This document shows positions 39,548-49,959 of a stretch of 64,000 nt of DNA, in pieces. Location of the stretch: positions 160,001 to 224,000 of the forward strand of contig CAXXMB010000001.1 in assembly GCA_963668675.2 (NCBI GenBank), in the 5' to 3' direction. Source of the DNA: an uncultured Desulfatitalea sp. (GTDB lineage: Bacteria > Desulfobacterota > Desulfobacteria > Desulfobacterales > Desulfosarcinaceae). The first letter of the stretch is position 1. Every line of letters begins with the position of its first letter. The notes under the pieces were generated by a model. It saw nothing but the letters and a program-made list of their open reading frames with translations, ran no database searches and had not been told where the DNA came from. A program made the position numbers and the translations under genes.

Positions 39548-41197
39548 TTATTTCCTGGTGCGTATGATGGTGACGATCAACCAGAGCCCCAGGATAACGG
39601 ACAACAGGTAACCGATCACACCCAAAGCAGGTAACCCGAACAGGAACGGACCAATTCCCGTTGTGATGATCATGGACGAACCCATGATGATCGCCCCCGT
39701 AATAATTGCCATCGTCAGGCGATTGGAGGCGTTCTCCATAGAGTGGGAAAGCTGTTCCAGCTTCTCGAGGTCCAATTTCAAACCCAAATCACCGCTATCC
39801 AACTTGCTGATGATTTGTTGGATCTGCCTCGGCACATCGCGCTGGTAGGCCCAAAGGTTGGCTATGGAGTTGCGCAGGTTGCGCCAGATGACATCCGGCT
39901 TAAAGCGCGCCTTGGCCAGTCGTGATACAGGCGCTTTGATTTCCGCAACAACATCCAGATCCGGGTAGGCTTGACGTGCCGATCCTTCTGCCGTCACCAA
40001 TGCTTTGATCATAATGACATAATTCGTTGGCAGTCTCAGCCGATGTCCGCGTATCAGGGCCATTACATCCATCAAAAAATGACCCATATTCATCTCTTTG
40101 ATGGGGACCGCATGGTAGGTATCGAGAAGTGTCAGCGCATCCCTTTCAATTGCTTTCGGCTGGACGGAATTTTCTCTGGGCTGGCAAAGCCGGATCAAGC
40201 TGTGCGTGAGCGCATCGCTGTCGCGATCGACAATGGATCTTAGAAGCTCTGTCAGTTCGAAACGATCTTTCTCCGTCAGGCGCCCCACCATGCCCCAGTC
40301 AATGATGCTCAAGTTCATCTCTTCTGTCACCAGGAGATTCCCTGGGTGCGGGTCGGCGTGGAAAAAGCCGTCTTCAAGGATCTGTTTGACTGCCGAGGCC
40401 AGCCCTTGCTTGGCAATGCGCTCATTATCGAAAACGGAGCCTGGGGTCACCTCGCTATACCTCGCCCCCTGTACGAATTCCATTACAAGTAATTTTTCAG
40501 TGCAATAGGGTTCATATACATCGGGAATGAGAATCGGCGTATCGGCTGCGAAGGAGCGTGCAATTTTCATGTTTCGCAGCTCGGCGGTGAAATCGATTTC
40601 CGTCATCAGGTGGCGTCGGACCACCTGGACCAGCTCGGGCAGATCGTAGGCCTCGAGCTCGGAAAATGCCTGATCCAGAAAGCCAGCCAGGGTCTCCAGA
40701 ATATCAAGATCGGCGCCGATCATTTTTTTAATGCCTGGCCGTTGTACTTTGACCGATACGATATGCCCCTCTTCTTTGAGCACCGCTTTATGAACTTGGG
40801 ACAAAGAGGCGGCTGCAACCGGAGAGACGTCAAAAATCGAAAACAGATCGTCGATAGGCTTCCCCAGGCTTTCATGGACAACCCTTTCGACCTCACCGAA
40901 AGGCATCTGCGTCACCTCATCCTGCAGCTTTTCAAATTCGAAGAGCAGCTCCTTCGGCAGCAGATCGGATCTCAGGCTCATGATCTGGCCGAATTTGATA
41001 AAAGTGGGCCCCAACTCTTCCAAAGAGCGGCGAATACGTTCGTAAATGCCCACATCTTCATCCGGCACACTTATCTTGCGGACCAAATCGGCGCCTGGGA
41101 GCTCCATTCTGCGTACGATTTCTTCAAATCCATATTTAACCAAAATAGTGACGATTTCTTTAAACCGCTTTACGTTTTTCAGATCGTTTAGGTGCAT
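39548..41197 (-). CDS. ABC1/AarF/UbiB-family atypical kinase
   Basis: LEELGPTFIKFGQ, AAASLSQVH, VKVQRP, GFFHADPHPGN, IDWGMVG; two C-terminal TM helices. Confidence 0.93.
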   Translation of the reverse strand: MHLNDLKNVKRFKEIVTILVKYGFEEIVRRMELPGADLVRKISVPDEDVGIYERIRRSLEELGPTFIKFGQIMSLRSDLLPKELLFEFEKLQDEVTQMPFGEVERVVHESLGKPIDDLFSIFDVSPVAAASLSQVHKAVLKEEGHIVSVKVQRPGIKKMIGADLDILETLAGFLDQAFSELEAYDLPELVQVVRRHLMTEIDFTAELRNMKIARSFAADTPILIPDVYEPYCTEKLLVMEFVQGARYSEVTPGSVFDNERIAKQGLASAVKQILEDGFFHADPHPGNLLVTEEMNLSIIDWGMVGRLTEKDRFELTELLRSIVDRDSDALTHSLIRLCQPRENSVQPKAIERDALTLLDTYHAVPIKEMNMGHFLMDVMALIRGHRLRLPTNYVIMIKALVTAEGSARQAYPDLDVVAEIKAPVSRLAKARFKPDVIWRNLRNSIANLWAYQRDVPRQIQQIISKLDSGDLGLKLDLEKLEQLSHSMENASNRLTMAIITGAIIMGSSMIITTGIGPFLFGLPALGVIGYLLSVILGLWLIVTIIRTRK

Positions 41198-41439
41198 GTC
41201 CCCGTCCCGATAAAGATTCCCTGTCTACATTTGTCTGAACTGATGTGTTCAGTCATCCTTAGATATGATCGTTGTTAATTAAGGCAACCGCCTGAGGATA
41301 TATCAAACAATCAAAGGTAGCCGTTGCATGACGTGTGTCAAGATAGGATCGAAACGGATAAAGATGTGAGGCCGCTATTTGACCTCATTGGAAGTGTGCA
41401 GCACTTGGATGCCACCTCGGTCAGGTTCGGATAAGAGAC

Positions 41440-42918
41440 CTAAACCGAGATGTTTCGACTTTCCCGGGCCGCCTCCTGGGGATCGACGCGCCAGGTGAAG
41501 AGGGGGGAGATCAGATAGAGAATCATGAACAGCAGACTGACCTGGCCCAGATAGGGCGTAAAGGCACAGATGATAAGCATCAGAACGATAGAGCGCCCAA
41601 TCCATGGCTGGCGGCTCATGGCGCGCCCCATGTGCATATAGTGGATTGGGTAGAGGTTCATGATGATGGCTGAAAAGAGCATCATTACAGCGGTGAAATA
41701 CCCCCAAAAAGGGGCCCACGCCGGGAACGACTCGAAAGCCTGTTCGTAAATCACCAGCGGCGAGAGCACGAACAGGGCAGCAGCGGGGGTTGGTAAGCCC
41801 TTGAAGAAGCCTGGGATGGGGGCTTTGTCGATGGTGAAATAGACCAGACGCGTCAAGCCGGCAAGCGCGTAAGCGAAGGCAAGCCAACCGATGGCGACGG
41901 ATGAGAAGCGGCCATTTCCAAAATCGGTCAGAGCAACATAGAAGATCCAGGCCGGAACAATGCAGAAGCTTATGGCATCGGCAAAGTCGTCCATCAGGCT
42001 GCCCAGATTGACCTTTCTCTGTGATGGTGATTCCGCCTCCGGCAGTGGTTCGGTTAGCCCCAATCGTCTCGCCACAGATCCATCCAGTTTGTCGAAAGTG
42101 GCTGCTCCGATCAACATGAAGTACATCTCCCGGAACCGTCCTTGATAGGCGAAGAAGACGCCGATCAACCCCATCATGGCATTCATCACCGTCAGGGCGT
42201 TTGGAAACACAGAGAGGATTTTGCGCCTTAAAACCTGTTCGCCAAAACAGAGCTCGTCGAGGCAGGCGGTGCCGTACTTGCGGCAGTAAGCAGCGATAGA
42301 GCCGAAGTTGATGATCAGGAACAGAATTTCGATGAAGTAGAACGTTCTCAGAGGCAGCGTGCCCATCCATGAAATCCCATAATAGAGCCAGGAGGAGGGG
42401 CCTTCGGGCACATGGAAGGCATACGCGTAAAGCAGTGCACTGACCGGCGCCGCCACAATGGTGCGCAGTCGGGTAAATTCCTTGGATTCCGGTTCGGTGC
42501 CCTGGCGGATGGCGAAGCTGCGCATGAACCCGGCAAAATTGTCTCTGATCAGCACGGTGACGCAGAGCAGAAGCACGAATATGGCGTGCAGCAGTTGGGG
42601 ACGGGAGGGCTGCTCTCCGATGAGGCGCCACATGGTCCCAACGGCGATGACCGGAAAGATGATCGAATAGACCAGCTTGTCCATGATACGGTCCGCCAAT
42701 GCTGCCAGTGACGATTGCGGCTGATAGCGAGCAGCAAACCACCCATCGATGAGATCGAAGGTCATGGATACGACCAGAAATGTCACCCCGAGGGTGTAAA
42801 CCGAAGGGTTGTGGTTCCACATCACCGCCAATGCGCATATCATTCCGGCGAAAACCAGTGCGGGGCGTCCATACACCAACATGGTCGTTACTTTGGCCGG
42901 TATTTTGGTGATCATCAT
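41440..42918 (-). CDS. Tandem two-domain CDP-alcohol phosphatidyltransferase
   Basis: Two motifs: DLIDGWFAAR...LADRIMD and DKLDGSVARR...GSLMDDFAD, the latter followed by PssA-like RL...FFKGLPTP. Start taken at ATG 42918. Confidence 0.85.
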   Translation of the reverse strand: MMITKIPAKVTTMLVYGRPALVFAGMICALAVMWNHNPSVYTLGVTFLVVSMTFDLIDGWFAARYQPQSSLAALADRIMDKLVYSIIFPVIAVGTMWRLIGEQPSRPQLLHAIFVLLLCVTVLIRDNFAGFMRSFAIRQGTEPESKEFTRLRTIVAAPVSALLYAYAFHVPEGPSSWLYYGISWMGTLPLRTFYFIEILFLIINFGSIAAYCRKYGTACLDELCFGEQVLRRKILSVFPNALTVMNAMMGLIGVFFAYQGRFREMYFMLIGAATFDKLDGSVARRLGLTEPLPEAESPSQRKVNLGSLMDDFADAISFCIVPAWIFYVALTDFGNGRFSSVAIGWLAFAYALAGLTRLVYFTIDKAPIPGFFKGLPTPAAALFVLSPLVIYEQAFESFPAWAPFWGYFTAVMMLFSAIIMNLYPIHYMHMGRAMSRQPWIGRSIVLMLIICAFTPYLGQVSLLFMILYLISPLFTWRVDPQEAARESRNISV

Positions 42919-43221
42919 CGAAGATCTGCCTTCTTGATAGGAATATATCGAGTGCAATTTTTGAGTATACACCAGCTCCGGCTGAACTGCACAGGATAAA
43001 TTGTTTCGACCCGAGGCGCTGTTTGCGGTGTTATTGGGTTTTTCAACCGGCAACAATGCAGGCGAACAGATGTGATCCTGGCCTTGGTCCGCATTCCAGC
43101 AGCCCTGCAAGATGAAATCAAGCTTCAATGCAACCACGGAACATTAACGCTCCCTTTTGCAAAAGGGGGACGCCGTTTCCCGTAATAAGCTTTACTTGAG
43201 TTTTATAGGGAATCGTATCAT

Positions 43222-43369
43222 TATTAAAGTGACAAATAAATAGACCAACTATCGTTATCCTGGACACGATCCGGAATCCAGCAATTGCCTGGATAGCCCT
43301 CAAACCTAACTGTGTGGCCGGCATTCGCCGGAATGACATTTAATGTTGTTTTTAGTTGCCGGGTTAATA
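43222..43369 (-). mobile_element. MITE copy (148 bp, diverged)
   Basis: TATTAAAGTGACAAATAA...GCCGGAATGAC...TTAGTTGCCGGGTTAATA. Confidence 0.75.
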
Positions 43370-43478
43370 ATAATGCCCATTGTTTGGAAAGCACTGAACC
43401 TTCATCTTCTTTGATACGCTCCTTTTAACGAAGCTTCACCATCTCCATCCTCCATTAACCTAAAGCAGGAGTTACTCG

Positions 43479-43709
43479 ATGAAAGAGATAATTGAAATCA
43501 TTGCACGGGCGCTGGTTGACCAACCTGAACAAGTAAGCGTTACAGAAATATATGGGGCCCACACATCCATATTGGAGCTTAAGGTCGCCAAGGCGGACAT
43601 TGGAAAGATCATCGGCAAGCAGGGGCGCACTGCTTCTGCACTACGGACCATCGTAAACGCTGTTTCGGCGAAAGAAAAAAAAAGAACCATGCTGGAGATT
43701 GTGGAATAA
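43479..43709 (+). CDS. khpA: KH-domain RNA-binding protein
   Basis: MKEIIEIIARALVDQPEQV...DIGKIIGKQGRTASALRT; AGGAG RBS. Confidence 0.9.
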   Translation: MKEIIEIIARALVDQPEQVSVTEIYGAHTSILELKVAKADIGKIIGKQGRTASALRTIVNAVSAKEKKRTMLEIVE

Positions 43710-43796
43710 CAACCGGAAGCCGAGCTTTTCATAAAGCTTTTATTAGAGGAGAAGGACGGTATGAATGGAGAAGAGATCAATGCAAAGGCGCGGGCG

Positions 43797-44275
43797 TTAT
43801 CGCTGCGCTTTACTCTCAGAAGTTCGGTAGGTGGATAACTCTATGAAACAGCCCAATTTTGGCTTTTTGCGGGTTCCGCCGACGATCTTGGCAACATGAG
43901 CTGCTGTGGCGATCTGCTCCTGGGTCAATCTTCGAATCACATCCTCGGCAGCTTTGTCGTTCAGGCGGCCGAAACAGTTGGTCATGGAGAACGCCTGGGT
44001 GTTCCGCCCCCTGACCAGTAGATGGTCTTTTTAGTGCCATCTTTGCCCGTGTCCCATAGCAGACGAATCCGCTCCCCCTCCTTGAGTCTTTCCAGCGCCG
44101 CCTGCCGTTCGCTGCCGTCGATGTTTCTGTATTCGCACCCCACCGCTGGTGTGCGGACCGTTTCGATAAGATCCCTCTTCTTCGGCTTGCACATCACCTC
44201 CTTCAGATTGATGCGTTCGCTCTTCGACCGTTTGGAGGGAATCAGCAGACGTTCAAGGGTGTCGATAAGACCCAT
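43797..44275 (-). pseudogene. HIRAN-like domain protein split by a 1-nt frameshift
   Basis: AVGCEYRNIDGSERQAALERLKEGERIRL in one frame. Adding one base near 44018 (TAC [C]TG) continues LVRGRNTQAFSMTNCFGRL...KIVGGT...LGCFIEL. Confidence 0.6.
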
Positions 44276-44524
44276 CAGATACCTCTGGGCATATTTGATT
44301 ACTGTTTAAGATAGTCCGGTATCTCGTCATCGTCATTGGTTTGGGATCGATTCGAGTCACTGAAGAATGACAAGCAATACCTAAAAAGTCAATATATTAT
44401 ATGAAATTCATTAGTTGCGGTCATTTAGCCCAACGGGCGCATTCTCAATCATCAGCTCGTCCAGGTGGTACCCTGTCCTGCGTGCCCCCCACTTTGGCAA
44501 CGTTTTCTATTTCAGAATCCCAGT

Positions 44525-44672
44525 TATTAAAACGGCAATATAATAGACCAACGATTGTCATCCTGGATTTGATTCAGGATCCAGTAAACGTCTGGATAGC
44601 GCCAAGGCTTCACTGGGTGCCCGGCTTTCGCCGGAATGACGGGGATTGTGATCTTTAATTGCCGGGTTAATA
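44525..44672 (-). mobile_element. MITE copy (148 bp)
   Basis: TATTAAAACGGCAATATAA...GTCATCCTGGATTTGATTCAGGATCC...GCCGGAATGAC...TTAATTGCCGGGTTAATA. Confidence 0.8.
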
Positions 44673-44795
44673 ACACAGGAAGAGAGAACATTGGCTTGAT
44701 TCCTTCGCAGTATCAGGTTTAAACTTACTACCAGTCATCGTTCAATCACCATTTCTACACGACACATTTTCTCCTCCAACTGAAAGGCAAAGCAA

Positions 44796-46490
44796 ATGAC
44801 ATTTCAGAATCAACGGTTTTGCGATCGCAAAAAGGGCGGCATCGGCCGACGGGCTCTCTTCAAATGCATGGGAGCCACCGATGATGATCTGGACAACCGG
44901 CCCATGATCGGCATCGCCAACGCCTGGAATGAGCTGGTCCCCGGCCATGTGAACTTGCGGCAGATCGCCGAGCACGTGCGCAAGGGGATTTTTCAGGCAG
45001 GGGGCACGGTAGCTGAATTCGGCGTTATCGGCGCCTGCGACGGCCTCTCCAACGGACATGCGGGCATGTACTACTCTCTGCCGTCGCGCGACATGATCGC
45101 CAGCAGCATTGAAATAATGGTCTTATCGCACCGCCTTGATGGGCTGGTCATGATCGGTTCGTGTGACAAGATCGTACCGGGGATGATGATGGCCGCGGCC
45201 CGACTCGATATCCCGGCCATCATCGCCCTGGGTGGCCCGGCGCTGGGCGGTGTTTCCTTCGACAACCGCAAATCGGATCTGACGTCCCTTTCCGAAGGCT
45301 TTGCCATGTACCGCAGCGGCAAAATCAGCCAGGAGGAGTTGTACCAGTTGGAGGATCTCGTCATGCCCACATGCGGCTCCTGCTCCTTTTATGGAACCGC
45401 CAACACGATGTGCTGTCTCTCCGAGGCGGTCGGTTTGTCGCTGCCTGGCTCGGCCACGATACCGGCCGTCTACGCCGAACGCCTGCGGTCTTCGGTCGAT
45501 GCCGGCAAAGCCATTGTTGAATTGACGCTGCAGGGCACCACTGCCCGCGACATCATTACGATTGATTCGCTCCGCAACGCCGCACGCGTCTTGATGGCGA
45601 CCGGCGGTTCGACCAACGGTGTCCTGCACTTGATTGCCGTCGCCGTTGAGCTGGGCCTCGAGGCGGAGATGATGATGAAGATCCTCGAAGAGGTCAGCGA
45701 AGATACACCCCATGTCGCCAAGATCAACCCGGCATCGGAATATGACATGGAGGATCTCTACCGGTCCGGCGGCATCCCACAGGTGATGAAAGAGATCAGT
45801 TCCCTTTTGAATCTGGATTGCCAGACAGTCACCGGCAAGACAGTCGCAGAGAACCTTGAGGGTCACGCTTCACCCTTTGAACCCGACCGCAGGGTCGTCA
45901 AAACGATGGCCGCCCCCTTCAATAGCTCCAAGGGACTCGCCGTGCTGAGAGGAAACCTGGCGCCCAATACTGCCATCACCAAACCGGCGGCCATCGATCC
46001 TTCCATTATGACCTTCACAGGCACCGCCAAAACCTTCGACTGCGAAGAGGAGGCCGGCAAGGCTGTCCTGGAGGGACGGGTTGCCGCCGGCGACGTGGTG
46101 GTGATCCGGTACGAAGGCCCAAAAGGCGGGCCAGGCATGCGTGAAATGGCCAAGGTGATGAAGTATATGTACGGCGTTGGTCTGGCCAAATCAGCGGCGC
46201 TGGTCACCGACGGGCGGTTTTCCGGCACCAACAACGGCTGTTTTGTGGGACATGTCTCACCCGAGGCTTCCGAAGGCGGACCAATTGCAATTGTTCGCGA
46301 CGGCGATAACATCACCATCGATATTCCCAACAACACCTTGACCTTGCACCTGACCGACGAAGAGATCGCCTCGCGGTTTCAAACATGGCAGCCGCCGGCG
46401 CCGAAACACGATACCGGATTTTTAAGCCTTTACGAGCACCTGGCGGAATCTGCCGACAAGGGAGCGGTGATGCGGATCAAAAGGAGATAA
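44796..46490 (+). CDS. ilvD: Dihydroxy-acid dehydratase
   Basis: PGH, ACDG, SLPSRD, SCDKIVPG, CGSC, TANTM, GGSTN, RYEGPKGGPGMREM, TDGRFSG, GHVSPEA. Confidence 0.95.
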   Translation: MTFQNQRFCDRKKGGIGRRALFKCMGATDDDLDNRPMIGIANAWNELVPGHVNLRQIAEHVRKGIFQAGGTVAEFGVIGACDGLSNGHAGMYYSLPSRDMIASSIEIMVLSHRLDGLVMIGSCDKIVPGMMMAAARLDIPAIIALGGPALGGVSFDNRKSDLTSLSEGFAMYRSGKISQEELYQLEDLVMPTCGSCSFYGTANTMCCLSEAVGLSLPGSATIPAVYAERLRSSVDAGKAIVELTLQGTTARDIITIDSLRNAARVLMATGGSTNGVLHLIAVAVELGLEAEMMMKILEEVSEDTPHVAKINPASEYDMEDLYRSGGIPQVMKEISSLLNLDCQTVTGKTVAENLEGHASPFEPDRRVVKTMAAPFNSSKGLAVLRGNLAPNTAITKPAAIDPSIMTFTGTAKTFDCEEEAGKAVLEGRVAAGDVVVIRYEGPKGGPGMREMAKVMKYMYGVGLAKSAALVTDGRFSGTNNGCFVGHVSPEASEGGPIAIVRDGDNITIDIPNNTLTLHLTDEEIASRFQTWQPPAPKHDTGFLSLYEHLAESADKGAVMRIKRR

Positions 46491-46573
46491 GGGCAAACAT
46501 CGGCAGGTAGGACCAAAAGCGGAACAGAGCGTGAAATTCGACCCTCGGGGCTTATGCTCAGGTGAGTCTATGT

Positions 46574-46602
46574 TTGACCAATACGGGTATTGTCGTTATA
46601 TT
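46574..46602 (+). promoter_or_regulatory. Candidate sigma70 promoter upstream of the second vgrG
   Basis: TTGACC-N17-TATATT in an AT-rich intergenic stretch. Confidence 0.5.
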
Positions 46603-46793
46603 TTTCTATGTTACCTCATTTATGGGCATAAACGCCTAAACGATTGACTATCTAAAAAGTCACGCCATATTCATCAAAACCCTACGGTTCATTGGGGAAA
46701 AGAGGGCCCAAGTCTCACGCTGACCGAAAGGCGGCATACTGGAAGCGTTCAATTCTTAACGTGCGCAAGCGCTTAACCTAGTGGGAGGCCAAA

Positions 46794-48935
46794 ATGGCCA
46801 CATTCACCCAAGCAAACGAACCCCGTTTCACCTTTAAAATCGCCGGAACTGAATTGATGGTGGCCGATCTGACCGTCAGCGAGCAGATATCGAGACCGTT
46901 CGAGGCACTTTTGAGCCTTGCGTCCGAAGATGAAATTCATTTCGATGACACGGTCGGAAAACCGGCTCTGCTGACGATGGAAAACGGTGATGCGGATCGC
47001 TACGTTCACGGCGTTGTCGACCGCTTTATCCAAAATGGCATTAATGGCCGATTCTATCTATATCAGGCGCGGGTTGTCCCCCAGATCGAGCTGCTCTCTC
47101 TGGAGCAGGATTGCCGTATTTTTCAGGACAAAAAGGTGCCGGACATCGTCGAAGAGGTGTTGGCCGAGAGCGGTGTGACGTCCGACCTGCTGGATGTGAG
47201 ACTCCAACGCACCTATGCGTCGCGCGATTATTGCGTTCAGTACCGTGAAACTGATTTGGATTTTATCTCCCGCCTGTTGGAAGAGGAGGGGATCTTCTAT
47301 TTTTTCGAACACAGCCAGGAGAAGCACGTCATGGTGCTGGGAGACGGCACCGTGAATTATCAGCCTATCGCAGGCCAGGCGCAAGTCGTCTTCAATCCCG
47401 GTGGTGCCATGGTGGCCGTGGAAGAGGCGGTGGTTGCCTTTCACCTGTCGAAACAGATCCGCCCCGGAAAATACACGGTGCGGGATTTCAATTTTAAAAG
47501 CCCGTCCCTGGAGTTGACCGCCGACAACAAGGACAGTGAAAACACAAAACTGGAAATTTACGACTATGCCGCCGGGCATCAGACCCCGGAGGCCGGGAAG
47601 GCCATTGCCAAAGTGCGTCTGCAACAGGTGATGATGAACAAGGAGCGGGCAGAGGGGCGTAGCGTCGTGCCCCGGTTCATTCCCGGGTTTACTTTTACGT
47701 TGAGCGACCATCCGATGGACGCCTTCAATCAGGAGTATCTATTGGTCGGCATGGTCCATAACGGCGCACAACCCCAGGTGCTGGCGGAAAAGGCGACGTC
47801 GGACAGGGGCACCAGCTATGACAACACGTTTATGGCCGTCCCTTCGGCCGTGACCATCAGACCCGAAAGATCGATTCATAAACCATTGGTCGAGGGCGTC
47901 CAAACCGCCATCGTCACCGGGCCGTCCGGCGAGGAGATCTATACGGACGAACACGGCCGCGTCAAAGTCCAGTTTCACTGGGATCGCTTGGGTGGGAAAG
48001 ACGAAAAGAGCTCCTGCTGGATCCGGGTCAGCCAGTCCTGGGCCGGGGCCGGCTGGGGGGCCATGCACATCCCCCGTATCGGCCAGGAGGTGATCGTCGA
48101 TTTTATCGAAGGCGACCCCGACCGGCCGATCATTACCGGCCGCGTCTATCACGGCACCAACACACCACCCTACGCGTTGCCTGATGAAAAGACCAAAAGC
48201 ACCATCAAGTCCGACTCCAGCAAGGGCGGTGGCGGTTCCAATGAATTCAGGTTCGAGGATAAAAAGGGCAGCGAAGAGATATACATCCACGGCCAGAAAG
48301 ACTGGACCATTGCCATCGAGAATGACAAAAACCAGTCCGTTGGAAATAATGAAACCCTTCAGGTGGCCAGCAATCGAACCAAGAGTGTCGGCGCGGACCA
48401 GAGCGAAACCATCGGCAGTAACAAGACCATCCAGGTCGGGGCCAACCATACCGAGAGCATCGGCAGCAATATGACCGTAACCGTTGCCGCCAACAAAAGT
48501 GAAACCGTCGGGGTCAACTCCGCTGAGACCATCGGTGCGGCCAAAGCGTTGACGATCGGCGCTGCCTATCAAGTCACCGTCGGGGCTGCGATGAACGAAA
48601 CTGTGGGTGCCGCAAAAGCAGAGGAGGTCGGTGCCCATAAATCGGTGGCCGTGGGCGGCAATGTGTCCGAAGCCATAGGGGGCAGCCGCGCTCTTTCCCT
48701 GGGAAAAGATTCGGATATCAATATCGGCGGAAAGCAGATCGAGAAAGTGGGCAAGGAACACTCTTTAGATGCCAAGAAGATTCAGTTAACGGCCAAGGAT
48801 CAAATTACGCTCAAGACCGGAAAGGCTGAAATCATCATGAAAAAAAATGGTGATATCACCATAAAAGGTAAAAAAATCAGTATTAAAGGAAGTGGCGATG
48901 TGATCGTTAAAGGCAGCAAGATCAAGGAGAACTGA
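46794..48935 (+). CDS. vgrG: T6SS spike protein VgrG (long gp5 beta-helix)
   Basis: GGAGG RBS; YCVQYRETDLDFISRLLEEEGIFYFFEH, DEHGRVKVQFHWDR, IPRIGQEVIVDF, NEFRFED, 8-residue VG repeats. Confidence 0.96.
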   Translation: MATFTQANEPRFTFKIAGTELMVADLTVSEQISRPFEALLSLASEDEIHFDDTVGKPALLTMENGDADRYVHGVVDRFIQNGINGRFYLYQARVVPQIELLSLEQDCRIFQDKKVPDIVEEVLAESGVTSDLLDVRLQRTYASRDYCVQYRETDLDFISRLLEEEGIFYFFEHSQEKHVMVLGDGTVNYQPIAGQAQVVFNPGGAMVAVEEAVVAFHLSKQIRPGKYTVRDFNFKSPSLELTADNKDSENTKLEIYDYAAGHQTPEAGKAIAKVRLQQVMMNKERAEGRSVVPRFIPGFTFTLSDHPMDAFNQEYLLVGMVHNGAQPQVLAEKATSDRGTSYDNTFMAVPSAVTIRPERSIHKPLVEGVQTAIVTGPSGEEIYTDEHGRVKVQFHWDRLGGKDEKSSCWIRVSQSWAGAGWGAMHIPRIGQEVIVDFIEGDPDRPIITGRVYHGTNTPPYALPDEKTKSTIKSDSSKGGGGSNEFRFEDKKGSEEIYIHGQKDWTIAIENDKNQSVGNNETLQVASNRTKSVGADQSETIGSNKTIQVGANHTESIGSNMTVTVAANKSETVGVNSAETIGAAKALTIGAAYQVTVGAAMNETVGAAKAEEVGAHKSVAVGGNVSEAIGGSRALSLGKDSDINIGGKQIEKVGKEHSLDAKKIQLTAKDQITLKTGKAEIIMKKNGDITIKGKKISIKGSGDVIVKGSKIKEN

Positions 48936-48936
48936 G

Positions 48937-49434
48937 ATGAATAAAAAGAGGGCCAATGTTGTCGACTTGAATCCGCAGCGAGATGCGGATCGTTCGAACG
49001 TCTCTGTCGGGCGCATCGTGGCCGTCACGGAGGAGGGTCACGTCTTCGTAGAGAGCCCGTCCGATGGTATCGGCAGAAGGCAAGCGCGCTTCATCGACGG
49101 AATGTTTTCAGCATCCGGTGCCGAGGTCGCCCCAGGTGCGCCGGTGCTGTTGTTGTTTGAAAATAACGACCCGGCCTTGCCGATCATCGTAGGGCTGGTG
49201 CGCGAAGTCGTCGCGCCGACCGAAAAGCAAACCCTCGACGTGAAGCGTCCCCAGGATGCATTGATCGATGGCAAGCGAATCGTTTTCGACGCCCGGGAAG
49301 AGATCGTGCTGCGATGCGGGAAAAGTGCCGTCACCTTGCGCAGAGACGGCAAGGTGGTCGTGAAAGGCACCCAAATCACCAGCCGTTCGACCGGCCGGCA
49401 CAAAATCAAGGGCGCTTCGGTCAGCATCAATTAG
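48937..49434 (+). CDS. DUF6484-like protein (gp5-like beta-strand tail)
   Basis: VLLLFENNDPALPIIVG; DGKRIVFDAREEIVLRCGKSAVTLRRDGKV...KIKGASVSIN. Confidence 0.78.
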   Translation: MNKKRANVVDLNPQRDADRSNVSVGRIVAVTEEGHVFVESPSDGIGRRQARFIDGMFSASGAEVAPGAPVLLLFENNDPALPIIVGLVREVVAPTEKQTLDVKRPQDALIDGKRIVFDAREEIVLRCGKSAVTLRRDGKVVVKGTQITSRSTGRHKIKGASVSIN

Positions 49435-49485
49435 ACATCATCCAAGATTCGGGATCCATCGATCCAAGATGTGGAGGTGAATGAT

Positions 49486-49950
49486 ATGGGCGTCACCGTG
49501 GGTGTGAACAACTTGTCGGTGGTCCACAAAAGCAGCAGCGGTGTGACCATCGCCTTCCCTGATGTTTGTAAAACGCCGACCCCGGGAGGACCGGTTCCAA
49601 TCCCCTATCCGAACATCGCCAAATCGTCCGACACGGCCAAAGGGACGAAGAAAGTGAAGTGCGACGGCAATCCGGTCTGTCTCAAGGACTCCAATTTTTC
49701 CATGAGCACCGGCGATGAAGGCGGCACGGCCGGCGGCGGGGTGATATCGAGCAAAATCAAAGGCAAAGCCGAGTTTGTCAATTTCTCTTTCGATGTGAAA
49801 TTCGAAGGCAAAAACGTGGCGCGGGCATTCGATCTGATGTTGCACAACCAGAAAAACACTCCGCCGTTCCCCCTTTTGCAGCCGCCCATCATCGGTATAC
49901 CCTCACCGGTCAAGCCCGTGTGCACGATCTGCGATAAACCGCTGAAGTAG
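49486..49950 (+). CDS. DUF4150 PAAR-like protein
   Basis: FPDVCKTPTPGGPVPIPYPN, STGDEGG, SFDVKFEGKNVAR; GGAGG RBS. Confidence 0.92.
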   Translation: MGVTVGVNNLSVVHKSSSGVTIAFPDVCKTPTPGGPVPIPYPNIAKSSDTAKGTKKVKCDGNPVCLKDSNFSMSTGDEGGTAGGGVISSKIKGKAEFVNFSFDVKFEGKNVARAFDLMLHNQKNTPPFPLLQPPIIGIPSPVKPVCTICDKPLK

Positions 49951-49959
49951 TAGTGCTAT

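Noticed and set aside
41375..42838. 487-aa same-strand alternative-frame ORF over the phosphatidyltransferase
   Set aside because: Arg/His/Pro-rich composition typical of an off-frame GC-rich reading; no recognisable domain.
42919..43137. ORF-track N-terminal extensions of the phosphatidyltransferase (also cfa 61346..61489, MORN 32245..32436, propeller protein 26940..26993)
   Set aside because: Better RBS-linked downstream ATGs match family starts or signal peptides; unlike the VgrG extension, these show no coding signal.
46491..46556. GGCAAAC..GGCA..GGACCAAAAGC resembling a c-di-GMP-I (GEMM) riboswitch before the second vgrG
   Set aside because: P2 too short, no tetraloop receptor or convincing P3, and it lies upstream of the candidate promoter. 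An Infernal search against the Rfam c-di-GMP-I model would settle it.
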